Origin: Candidatus Obscuribacter sp.
GTDB lineage: Bacteria > Cyanobacteriota > Vampirovibrionia > Obscuribacterales > Obscuribacteraceae
Direction of reading: 5' to 3'
Length of the DNA stretch: 64,000 nucleotides
Assembly: GCA_021772095.1 (NCBI GenBank)
Contig: JADYXR010000001.1
Coordinates: 10,786-74,785 of the forward strand
Part shown: piece by piece, positions 1-8,738 of the stretch
How the letters are laid out: every line of letters starts with the position of its first letter
Numbering within the stretch: the first letter of the stretch is position 1
Position numbers and translations under genes: made by a program
The notes under the pieces: generated by a model
Told to the model about the DNA's origin: nothing
Databases searched by the model: none
What the model saw: the letters and a program-made list of their open reading frames with translations, nothing else

Positions 1-299
1 GGATTATCTGCACCATATCGAACTGCCAACTCGAATTGCTCAGCAGCTGGTTCGGTCAACCCAAGATGGTCCAGAACCAGTCCCAGATTAAGATGCGCTT
101 GCGAATTACTTGGTTCTGCTTGGACCAGAGCCTGAAGTTGGTTGAGAGTGTTTTCGGAAACTTTCCCGCTCAGTTCTTTTCTCGATTGCTCGAAGAGCTG
201 CTTCTGGTCAACAGCTTCGGCTTGCGAGGCAGCAGAAAAAACCAGACCAACTGACAGCGCTAATGCAAATAAAGATGTTTTCGCGTTTATTTTCTTCAT
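1..299 (-). CDS. Secreted TPR-repeat protein, runs off the window start
   Basis: Not in the ORF track; translated by hand from ATG at 299: MKKINAKTSLFALALSVGLVFSAASQAEA (signal peptide), then ...LVQAEPSNSQAHLNLGLVLDHLGLTEPAAEQFELAV, a TPR-type pattern. Confidence 0.8.
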   Translation of the reverse strand, partial: MKKINAKTSLFALALSVGLVFSAASQAEAVDQKQLFEQSRKELSGKVSENTLNQLQALVQAEPSNSQAHLNLGLVLDHLGLTEPAAEQFELAVRYGADN

Positions 300-329
300 T
301 GAAAATCCTGGATTAGTGCCCCTTACTAT

Positions 330-358
330 TTGACAGAGTTTTTTATGTAGTCAATAAT
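330..358 (+). promoter_or_regulatory. Sigma70-like promoter for the TadE-like genes
   Basis: TTGACA (330-335), 17 nt spacer, AATAAT (353-358). Confidence 0.5.
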
Positions 359-525
359 GAATAACAGGCCATAGAGGAAGATTAGACAGGTTTTATGTTA
401 ATCCCCTTGGCAAATGTATGTAAAGTACCGGGTTTTGGGCACATCAGAAAGTGGCGGAACAGTAACGGGACGTTAGTATTTTAACTGCGAGATGGTTTTG
501 AATTCTGACCGCGACTGCGCGATTT

Positions 526-1077
526 GTGAGAAGTAGAAACTGGGGGAGTTTCACATCAATGATTCGAATGCGAAGAAACAACAAAGGCAACCAATTGTCC
601 GAATTCGGACCCGCGGTAATTATATTGGTCCTTGCCATCGTCGTTCCCATGGTAGTTTTGCTCTACGTCGGCATGGGATTTTGTTGCGGCTGGTATCTTA
701 ACTTCATGTCGGTCCGCGCCGCGGCAGTCGCTCCGAGATCAGGGCTGCAGGCTGCTCTGGACGCACAACAAGCGGCATGGACCGCTTCCGGATTGCCGGC
801 ATTCGCCTGTGCGACCGTCGTCAGAAACAGCGGTCCGGATGGCTCGGTCAACTCGATTCGCTACAGCACAGACGTTGACTTGGACCCAAGCCCCGTAGTG
901 CCTGGTGACCCATCCTCAGGTCCGCGACAACCAGTCGAACTCGATGACTTCGTTCGCGTCGTCACCGAAGTTGAGATCACGCCGATTGTTCAGTTACCAT
1001 TTATGAGCTTGAGTCCGTGGCGTTTCGTATACAATTCGGAACGGCCAATCGAAGAATCCGACGTGGAAGCTAACTAA
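526..1077 (+). CDS. TadE/TadG-like pseudopilin (true start may be a downstream ATG)
   Basis: Basic leader RRNNKG, then NQLSEFGPAVIILVLAIVVPMV: G|xxxxEF prepilin-type site and a hydrophobic helix. Confidence 0.7.
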   Translation: MRSRNWGSFTSMIRMRRNNKGNQLSEFGPAVIILVLAIVVPMVVLLYVGMGFCCGWYLNFMSVRAAAVAPRSGLQAALDAQQAAWTASGLPAFACATVVRNSGPDGSVNSIRYSTDVDLDPSPVVPGDPSSGPRQPVELDDFVRVVTEVEITPIVQLPFMSLSPWRFVYNSERPIEESDVEAN

Positions 1078-1106
1078 ACTTCTAAAGTCTTACAGTGAAG
1101 CCTTGA

Positions 1107-1595
1107 GTGATGAAAACGAAAAAGGAACTGCCCATGTACAAGACGAGAAATTCAAAACGAAATATCACTGGCGGGGCGCTTATTGAGACGATTGTCGGTT
1201 TATTCGTCCTCATCCCAGTAGTGTTGTTTATGGTCGATGTAGTGGCGCTGGTGCTAGCTCAAATGGCGCACGACGCCCTCGTCAAAGACTGCGCTCGAGC
1301 CGCCGCTGAAGTACGCGCAGAACGACCAGCGACGCCAAGCTCGCCTGAAATCGTGGACGGCAACAAAGTCGAAGCCAGCATTTTGGGAGTGCTGAGCAGA
1401 TTCAACAATCCTGTACTGGTCGTCAATAGCCACTCGTGGTCAAATCCAGGCGGAGACCTGGGATTAGTAAGAGTCGAAACGCGATCTACTTTCACGTTTC
1501 CTGTAGCCATTCCGTTTGCAGGCAACTCTTCGCAGGTGTTCGTCGCTGAAGCAATCGAACCTGTAGTCGGGCTCTCGGAGCGGATTCGTCGCTAG
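1107..1595 (+). CDS. TadE-like pseudopilin
   Basis: KRNITG|GALIETIVGLFVLIPVVLFMVD, followed by 'CARAAA', typical of TadE-like N-termini. Confidence 0.7.
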   Translation: MMKTKKELPMYKTRNSKRNITGGALIETIVGLFVLIPVVLFMVDVVALVLAQMAHDALVKDCARAAAEVRAERPATPSSPEIVDGNKVEASILGVLSRFNNPVLVVNSHSWSNPGGDLGLVRVETRSTFTFPVAIPFAGNSSQVFVAEAIEPVVGLSERIRR

Positions 1596-1833
1596 AGATT
1601 CGTTTGATTTTCATCGCTTGGCACAGGCTATTTGAATAAACTGTTCGATTGCGACTGCAATTGTTTCCATACGAACGTCGGATATTTGAAACGAAAGACA
1701 AACCGCTTACGCGACTGGAATCGTTTGTTTCTGAAATCGGATTCTCCTTCACGGCTTCAACATTTATGCGACGTGACCTAATCTCGGCGATTGCGTTTCT
1801 GAGCCACTTATTCTTTTGGCGTCAATAAGCCAA

Positions 1834-2388
1834 TTATTTTTTCAGCATGTTGTTGTAGATCGGAACCAAGATCATCGGCGGTTTATCGATCTTCGCGTCG
1901 ACAACGTCTTTAAACTCAATTTTTAGCGTTTCGTCTTTCATGCCGACCTTCAAAATTTCTTCCTTGGTCACCTTGCTTGCGTCGTAGATCACGGCGACTC
2001 CATAAGGCTCTTTGATCGCGACTGCCACCTCACCAATGCCTTTAAGTTTGTCGATACGCTTGCGTATGCGACCTAAGCACGCAGCGCAACCGCTGCCTGT
2101 AACGCGGAAATCCAGCCGGTGCAGTTGACTTTGATCGAGTTGCTTGTACCGATCGGCTTTGGTCAGACTGCGCAAGAGCAATACATCGCCAGGCTTAGTC
2201 GGAGCGCCGGGCGTCGCAGTCGTCGTCGTCGTAGTTGTAGTCGTAGTCGCCGTCGCGGTCGTTTCGGAAGCGGCGTAGCTCGAATGAACACTCGCCCCCA
2301 TTACCAGTGAACAAAGCATTGACGCGGCTGCTAACGACCTTAGATTGGTGATTTTTTTCTTTGCCGACTGAATAGACTTACGCATCAA
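1834..2388 (-). CDS. Exported heavy-metal-associated (HMA) domain protein
   Basis: Signal peptide, poly-Thr linker, then FRVTGSGCAACLGRIRKRIDKLKGI...VIYD (HMA CxxC pattern). Confidence 0.75.
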   Translation of the reverse strand: MMRKSIQSAKKKITNLRSLAAASMLCSLVMGASVHSSYAASETTATATTTTTTTTTTATPGAPTKPGDVLLLRSLTKADRYKQLDQSQLHRLDFRVTGSGCAACLGRIRKRIDKLKGIGEVAVAIKEPYGVAVIYDASKVTKEEILKVGMKDETLKIEFKDVVDAKIDKPPMILVPIYNNMLKK

Positions 2389-2542
2389 ATCCCACTCCCG
2401 ATGATTCCCACCGATACAAATTTACCCAAAATTCTCGACGATATTATTAGATGCTAGTTCCAACGTTCCTTCTTATAAGGAAACGATTGTAGTTGAGCAG
2501 CAAAACCAATAGCTCTATCGTTTTGTCCTTCAAAATTTTGAT

Positions 2543-2558
2543 TTGCGTATTTACGCAA
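2543..2558. promoter_or_regulatory. Palindromic candidate operator
   Basis: TTGCGTA-TT-TACGCAA perfect inverted repeat in a divergent intergenic region. Confidence 0.4.
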
Positions 2559-2614
2559 GCGAAATTACGCGAACCAACATATTTATAGTGTGCCACCAAA
2601 CTTACTATGTATGC

Positions 2615-2820
2615 ATAGGGTGCCGACCAGGGGAGCGGCGAAGAAAGGAATTAACAAGACCGAGATCATATTCGAATTCACTAGCGTAGAACTGTTTACG
2701 ATCAATCCTTTCCCGCCGCTCCCTCGAGGTCAATCGAAAGAAGCCAAGCGTTTCGCGTCAGAAACCGGCACCTAACAGCTCCCCGGCCCACAGCACAACT
2801 GGTTTAGACCAGTTGTGTTG
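2615..2820 (+). ncRNA. Putative structured RNA or leader of unknown family (strand uncertain)
   Basis: Nested pairings 2619-2625/2766-2772, 2631-2640/2714-2723 and 2643-2649/2706-2712, plus a 13-bp hairpin at 2791-2820. Confidence 0.45.
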
Positions 2821-2938
2821 TCCATTTCAGAGATAATTTCGGCCGATATTTTTTTCCTCATGAGGTCTCGAACCGAAGGATGAATTCAATGTTGTATAGT
2901 TACTTTGTCGCGATATTACCAGGGTCCACGGTGTCTGT

Positions 2939-3700
2939 ATGTACAAAGTATTGATCGTAGACGACCTGCCGGCGCTGCGAAAACACGCAGGTGATCTGCT
3001 GCGCCAGCTCGATCCCGAAGTGCAAATTACCGAAGCGGCCAACGGCAAGGAAGCGCTCCAGGTGTGGCAGTCGCTTAATCTCGACATGATAATTATGGAC
3101 ATCGTCATGCCGGATGTGAATGGTATCAAAGCCGCCAAAGAAATCTGGGCGACCGCGTCTGATACCAAAATCCTTTTCTGGTCGCAATTTCACCGCGAGT
3201 CTTTTGTCAGAGAGTTAGGCAAGATCGTTCCGGACGAGGCGATTCATGGCTATGCGCTGAAAAGCGAGAGCGACGACAAACTCAAATATGCGTTGGAATC
3301 GATTCTTCTTCACGACAATCCTTACATCGATCCGATTGTGCGCGGAGTTCAAAAACATATCGAGCGCACCTGGGGTGATATCACAGATAGTGAGTATTTT
3401 ATCCTTCTGGATCTGGCGCTGGGGCTGACGGACCGTGCGATTGCCACTCGGCATCACATCAGTGTTCGCGGAGCACAAAACCGAATTTATTCTTTGTCGG
3501 TCAAGTTAGTCAAAGGCGTTGATGCGCATTTGAAGGAAACGGCCGGATTGGAAGTTTACAACACACGTGTGCGGATTGTGCTCGAAGCATTTCGGCTCGG
3601 CATCATTGCTCCGGAAGATATTCAGGAACTGGATGGTTCGCTGGATCTGTGGTTAGAGAAACAATTCAGTTTCAAAAAAGGTTCGGTTACCGCGAGTTAG
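2939..3700 (+). CDS. NarL/LuxR-family response regulator
   Basis: REC domain (VLIVDD, IIMDIVMPDVNGI) and a LuxR-type HTH (ITDSEYFILLDLALGLTDRAIA...ISVRGAQN). Confidence 0.9.
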   Translation: MYKVLIVDDLPALRKHAGDLLRQLDPEVQITEAANGKEALQVWQSLNLDMIIMDIVMPDVNGIKAAKEIWATASDTKILFWSQFHRESFVRELGKIVPDEAIHGYALKSESDDKLKYALESILLHDNPYIDPIVRGVQKHIERTWGDITDSEYFILLDLALGLTDRAIATRHHISVRGAQNRIYSLSVKLVKGVDAHLKETAGLEVYNTRVRIVLEAFRLGIIAPEDIQELDGSLDLWLEKQFSFKKGSVTAS

Positions 3701-6700
3701 TTAGCGCCGGTGCCGACAACTCTGCGTAGTGACGATTCAACGACTTCGCGATCGATCTGGCGTTCCATAACGATGGTGACCAGATTCTCGGCGTTCCAAG
3801 TTTTCTTTCTTGCTTGATTGAACTTTTGAATATCTTGATGGACAGGCAGTTCGATTTCTTGCCTGCTGTGCAGTTCAACAATTCTCTTGTTATCGATGTA
3901 CGTTTCACGCAACAGGTTGCGGTTTAAATCTGCAATCAACCAACCCAGATCGGCGCTTCCGAACAGTCTTTCGGCGATGCCGTCGAGAGTTTGACCGGCT
4001 TCGATTACCCATTTAGGACGGCGGAGTACTTGAGAGAGGGCACCGTTGTTAGTATCATCTTCTTCAACTTCAGAGGCGACCTCTTGATCTTCGTCGGAAG
4101 CTTCTTCGAACAATGCTTCGGTTCCAAACCGGATTGCACGATTTACTGCAACCGATTCATCTTCTTCGTCTTCGCGTTTCGAGAATCCATCAATTCTATC
4201 CATGAAATCTTGATAATCGTCGAGAATTGATGCGGATAAATCACGAACGTTCCCTTCTTTATGCGCGGCATCACCGCTCGAGGCGGCGGCGTTACCGGAG
4301 ACGGCATCGAGATTGAATCTTCCGAACTGGGTGATCAAAGAGTTCTGACCTTGCATCAGCTTGATGCGATCGGCAGGACCGGACGTGTTGGATAATTTGT
4401 CGCCGCCTTGAACATCGTTCGGCATCATCGACGCGCGTGTCATGCCGGATGCAGCCATGACGAACGCCAAGCCCATTCCACCGGTGTAGCTTGTGGACTT
4501 GAATTGACCGTAATAGTTCATCGGACCAGACTTGCCAAACGAGTTCAGGTAAGTCAGACGACCGAGCAGCCCGACATTGAGCTGTCCGCGAGTGGTGTCG
4601 GTGGTTTGCGATTTCGATGCAATTTCGGCGCTGCGCATTGTGCGAGTCGATAGCTTCGCGGCTTGATCGCCAGTCGCCGAGATCATGATGCGGAAACTTC
4701 CGTCAACTTTACCAAACGATTTTTGAATTTGAAACGGTGACTGTCGCCCGTCGACAAAGATTATGGTCTTGCCTTCGTGACGAGTAATCGACCATGTCCG
4801 ACCTTCTAAACGAGCGCCGGAATTTCTGGCGTCACTGGCACGCAATTTTGCGATACCAGCGATTGATAAAATCAAAGCTAGTTCCAGACCCGTGATGTAG
4901 CGGTTGATTTCACCGCGTGGGGCTCCAATATCGCCTTGCGAAGTGAAACTTCTGCCGTCGCCGATTTGATTGAAGCCGCGCGTACCCGGGATTCGGGCGA
5001 TGTCGCCTGGGCTTCTAACGTCTGTACCGGCGGTCAATGGAGATTGACCGTCACGACCTGGTTGTATGTCACCAACGCGAACACTGCCGGACATTGGAAT
5101 ACGTCCGATACCGGCGGCGGTGCCGGCTACTGAAGCGTCAACTTTGCCCTGGAAATCTTTGGCGGACTGGTCGATGCGTACGACGTTGTTTTTGCTTTGC
5201 GGCTCGAACGACGTTACTTCTCTGGTTCCCGGAAGAACGCCATCGGCGCCTCTTTTGCCGGTGCCGATTTCTGCTCCGGAGGTGAATGCGTTGCGACCGC
5301 TAGTACCTTTGATTGCGTCAGCCAATGCATTTCGTGAATCAATGGCACGGGCATCAGCGTCACCGCGAGCAATGTTTTTGCCGGTGTCGGCAGTACGGGC
5401 ACCGGATTCGGTGCTGAAGTCGCGGACTACTCCTGTGAGTCTTGTTTCAACAGCGCTTCTCACTTCAAATGGATTCTTTCCTGCTGCAGTTTCAAACGAT
5501 CTGGATTCTGCTAGTTGGCGAACGCGTTGAGTTGATTGCTCGAATGCGGAAACCAAATCGGAAGGGGGTTTGATTGAGGATGGACCCGTCGCAATTTTTC
5601 CAGCCGCGGCATCTGATGCTTTGATCGTGGTTGCATCACCGGCTACGGCGCTGCGCGCAATTGCAGTTTCATTACCAGGAGCAGTGGTTGATCCAGGGCG
5701 AACTACACTCGGAGCGTTTGGATTGGTTTTGACTTCAGATGGAGCAACTGCAGGTTTCGTAGTAACACCATCTTTGGTGGCACCCTTAACTGGCGGTAGA
5801 TCTGCTGGTTTTGAACCGACCACACTGGAACCTGGCTTAACACCGGCATCGACTACGCCAGGCTTGACCGTGGCATCTGGTTTTACGGTGGCGTCAGTCG
5901 GTCCTGATTTTATAGTGGTATCGGTGGCGGCTGGTCTAGTTGCAGTATCGGTCGCTGCTGGTTTGGTTGCACTATCTGTCGCGATTGGTTTTGCAGTCGT
6001 ATCCGCTGTGCCGGGGCGATTCTCGGGAGCATTTGCAGGTGCGCGTGTGCCAGCATCTGAAGCAGTTAACGGTGGGCGTCCGCCAGCATCTGAGGCAGCT
6101 GGTGGAGTGCGACTCCCTGCATCAGCTGGATTTGCTGGATTAGCGAGATTTGCTGGATTAGCGAGATTTGCTGGATTGCGATTGCCGATATCGTTTGCTG
6201 CACCTGGGATGCGAGAGCCATCCTGAGCCGGACCGTTAGGCGTGCGTGAAGCCATGTCCGCCGGATTCTTTCCGATACCATTGGGGATACCATTGATATC
6301 GCGCCCTAACTCCATAGCTTTCGCGGCCGCACCATCGCCTTTGACGACGCTGCCATGCGGCAGTCCGGCGCTACTGACTCCGTCTCCAGGCAACGGTCTA
6401 ATCTCGTTACCCTTTACGTTTCCTGGAGCACCTTTTATTTCGGAAGCCAGCCCGGGCTGACCTTTTAAAATGCCGTCAGAACCTGCGTACTTCTGCAGGT
6501 CTCCGAGTTCCATCTTGTTAATCGGTCCCACTGGAGTGGACCGAAGGTCCTTCATTTTTGTGTGTTCGCCGATGGAGTCAAATCCCGATTTTAGATCCGG
6601 TCCCTGATTGCCAAACGATTTCGCATCAGCTTTCATGGCACCATCGAGAACAGAGCTGGCTTTTCCGTCGCCGATCGCCCGTTGGATGTCGTAGGATTTG

Positions 6701-8550
6701 GAACTCGATTCTTGACCCAAAATCTTTTGTTGAACGCGCTCATCGGCTCCAGTCATCGCGCCGAGCTTCATCAACGACTTTTCAGATCCGACTTGAGACA
6801 TACCCGAACCGGTTTCCATCATTTTAATTTGCGATTTCAATGATGCCGATTCAACTGCTCTAGCGTTTCCGACACCGCCGAATATGTCCTGTCCCGTGGT
6901 GCTAAACGCGCTTTTATCAGCGCTCTTAGCAAAACTCTGAATCGAACCGGAGCGATCCATCGAATCAAATTTAGAAAGTTCTGGTCCAGCCTGCTTCCAA
7001 TCTTGAAGCTTCTGCCCACCATCCATCGGCAACGGTTTCACTTCTTGTTTCGGAAGAAAATTCTCGGACGCTTTCAGTTTGGCGAAATAATTCTCTTGAG
7101 CACGACCGGCTGAATCCAGGCTTGACACGCCACTCTTGACGATCTCTGCTTTGTTAATCGCGTTGGGATCTTTGAATGAAGGACTGGAACTTTCTATCGG
7201 TTTTTGAAACACGACGTTGGGTTTGCCGGAACCTTCAAGCGGAGTGACATGATCGGCGAGGCGTTGATTGGTAGCAAAAGAGGTTTTGACTTGTCCGTTT
7301 TCTTCAACAACGCCAGGCTTCTTGATTGCGCTGTTATTCAGGTCGTTCAGACCCGCGAGCTTGGCGACTTTCAGCGCGGCAAGATCGGTTTGCTCGACCG
7401 GTATTTTTGTGCCGGGCGCCGATGCAATTTTTGCAGCGACGATATCCAGCGAGCCACCACTCGTGAACGACTCCGGTCGTCCCGTGTATCCATCACCTTT
7501 TTGAACGTTCGGCTCGGCTTTTAAGGCTGCCTTGCTAGTTGTGATGTTGCCGTTGGCAATAGGCTCGGATTGTGATTTAAACTTGGTATCGAGCGTGGTG
7601 GCAGACGAAATTGCCTTCGACTTGTCCTCGATTGCCGTTTTGAAAACGCCTTCCGAACTGACTTCCGGTCGCAATCCCGAAAGTACTTTAACATCTGCTT
7701 TGGCAGCGGCTAAGTCTTCTTTGCCGGCGCCTGAGTTTTTCGTGATGACGCCGTCTTCTTTGATCGCGACTCCATTTTTAAAAATCGGAGCGTCCAGTCT
7801 TGCGATCATTGGTTTTGACGTCGCTGCATCAAACTTTTCTGCGATTACATTCGCCGTGGAACCTGATGCAATTGCCTTCAGCTTGGTTTCGGCATCCGAG
7901 CCGGGCCAAACTTTAGCTCCGCCAATTGCTTTGTCGCCGACATTGCCCAGTGTATTTGCGACTCCAATGCTTTTAACTTTGTCGGGACCGGCATCAAAGG
8001 ACTCGAGATTTTTGGCGACCATCTTGTTCGAAGCAGCATTCTTGTCCAAGTTGGCCGGATCCAACAATTTGTTGATGATGATTTCCTGGTCTTGCAGGCT
8101 GGCAGAACGCAAAAGCGATTTCCGTTCGACCAGTGGTTGGTTAGATTCAACTGCGCGCGTTCCCTCGCCGGCCGAAGCCAGTGCCGCGGATTGAACGGCT
8201 GCAATTTCGTCGTCCTTCTTCTTCGGCGTTCCATTAAGGAGTTCATCAGTCCATCTCTGAGCGGCATGCTCTTCTTGAACGCGCAGTGTCGAATTGTAGG
8301 TATCAGGCGGAGCGTCACCGGAAGTGAGCGATTTTGTTTCACTGACCACAGGCGGAGTCGCAGTGTCGCCAACTGCAGATTTAGGCGCTGAAAGCACCTG
8401 ATCGGCAGTAATCGTCGTGGGCTCTTCAGGAGCCTGACTCTTGGATTTACGATCGCTTTCGTACTGCGTCATTGAACAGACACATCCCGTGGTCGAAGCA
8501 ATATTGGGTTTTCGGGCTAGGAAGGGTTTTAAAGGTTCTTGACAATCCAA
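3697..8550 (-). CDS. Giant low-complexity protein with a C-terminal LysM-like domain (start likely 8472)
   Basis: 1617-aa ORF rich in A/S/G/K/P/T; C-terminal WVIEAGQTLDGIAERLFGSADLGWLIADLN resembles LysM. Confidence 0.75.
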   Translation of the reverse strand: MDCQEPLKPFLARKPNIASTTGCVCSMTQYESDRKSKSQAPEEPTTITADQVLSAPKSAVGDTATPPVVSETKSLTSGDAPPDTYNSTLRVQEEHAAQRWTDELLNGTPKKKDDEIAAVQSAALASAGEGTRAVESNQPLVERKSLLRSASLQDQEIIINKLLDPANLDKNAASNKMVAKNLESFDAGPDKVKSIGVANTLGNVGDKAIGGAKVWPGSDAETKLKAIASGSTANVIAEKFDAATSKPMIARLDAPIFKNGVAIKEDGVITKNSGAGKEDLAAAKADVKVLSGLRPEVSSEGVFKTAIEDKSKAISSATTLDTKFKSQSEPIANGNITTSKAALKAEPNVQKGDGYTGRPESFTSGGSLDIVAAKIASAPGTKIPVEQTDLAALKVAKLAGLNDLNNSAIKKPGVVEENGQVKTSFATNQRLADHVTPLEGSGKPNVVFQKPIESSSPSFKDPNAINKAEIVKSGVSSLDSAGRAQENYFAKLKASENFLPKQEVKPLPMDGGQKLQDWKQAGPELSKFDSMDRSGSIQSFAKSADKSAFSTTGQDIFGGVGNARAVESASLKSQIKMMETGSGMSQVGSEKSLMKLGAMTGADERVQQKILGQESSSKSYDIQRAIGDGKASSVLDGAMKADAKSFGNQGPDLKSGFDSIGEHTKMKDLRSTPVGPINKMELGDLQKYAGSDGILKGQPGLASEIKGAPGNVKGNEIRPLPGDGVSSAGLPHGSVVKGDGAAAKAMELGRDINGIPNGIGKNPADMASRTPNGPAQDGSRIPGAANDIGNRNPANLANPANLANPANPADAGSRTPPAASDAGGRPPLTASDAGTRAPANAPENRPGTADTTAKPIATDSATKPAATDTATRPAATDTTIKSGPTDATVKPDATVKPGVVDAGVKPGSSVVGSKPADLPPVKGATKDGVTTKPAVAPSEVKTNPNAPSVVRPGSTTAPGNETAIARSAVAGDATTIKASDAAAGKIATGPSSIKPPSDLVSAFEQSTQRVRQLAESRSFETAAGKNPFEVRSAVETRLTGVVRDFSTESGARTADTGKNIARGDADARAIDSRNALADAIKGTSGRNAFTSGAEIGTGKRGADGVLPGTREVTSFEPQSKNNVVRIDQSAKDFQGKVDASVAGTAAGIGRIPMSGSVRVGDIQPGRDGQSPLTAGTDVRSPGDIARIPGTRGFNQIGDGRSFTSQGDIGAPRGEINRYITGLELALILSIAGIAKLRASDARNSGARLEGRTWSITRHEGKTIIFVDGRQSPFQIQKSFGKVDGSFRIMISATGDQAAKLSTRTMRSAEIASKSQTTDTTRGQLNVGLLGRLTYLNSFGKSGPMNYYGQFKSTSYTGGMGLAFVMAASGMTRASMMPNDVQGGDKLSNTSGPADRIKLMQGQNSLITQFGRFNLDAVSGNAAASSGDAAHKEGNVRDLSASILDDYQDFMDRIDGFSKREDEEDESVAVNRAIRFGTEALFEEASDEDQEVASEVEEDDTNNGALSQVLRRPKWVIEAGQTLDGIAERLFGSADLGWLIADLNRNLLRETYIDNKRIVELHSRQEIELPVHQDIQKFNQARKKTWNAENLVTIVMERQIDREVVESSLRRVVGTGAN
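6129..6177. repeat. 18-bp tandem repeat encoding NPANLA
   Basis: GATTTGCTGGATTAGCGA, about 2.7 copies, in frame within the giant gene. Confidence 0.85.
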
Positions 8551-8738
8551 TAATAGATTAATCGAAGAGGTTTATAAAGGAGATTTAATGTGGGCGGTCT
8601 CTTCCTTCCTGTGACCTCCTAAGCTTATATACCGTTCGTATGCATTTTGGACACGCGGGGAAGAACTTTCATAACCGGGCAATTCCGATCCGGCTGGATC
8701 TGCCGGACTCAACAATCAGAACCAAGTAGAACGACAAA

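Noticed and set aside
2590..2775. 61-aa ORF
   Set aside because: No clear RBS or recognisable motif; the region is better explained by RNA pairing.
2615..2780. Retron msr-msd
   Set aside because: Terminal inverted repeats are present but there is no reverse transcriptase in the window.
5066..8194. Long plus-strand ORFs (154-220 aa) inside the giant gene
   Set aside because: Antisense shadows of a low-complexity coding strand; the same applies to 40416-41117, 55307-56134 and 38650-39375, the last being an alternative-frame ORF in the permease.
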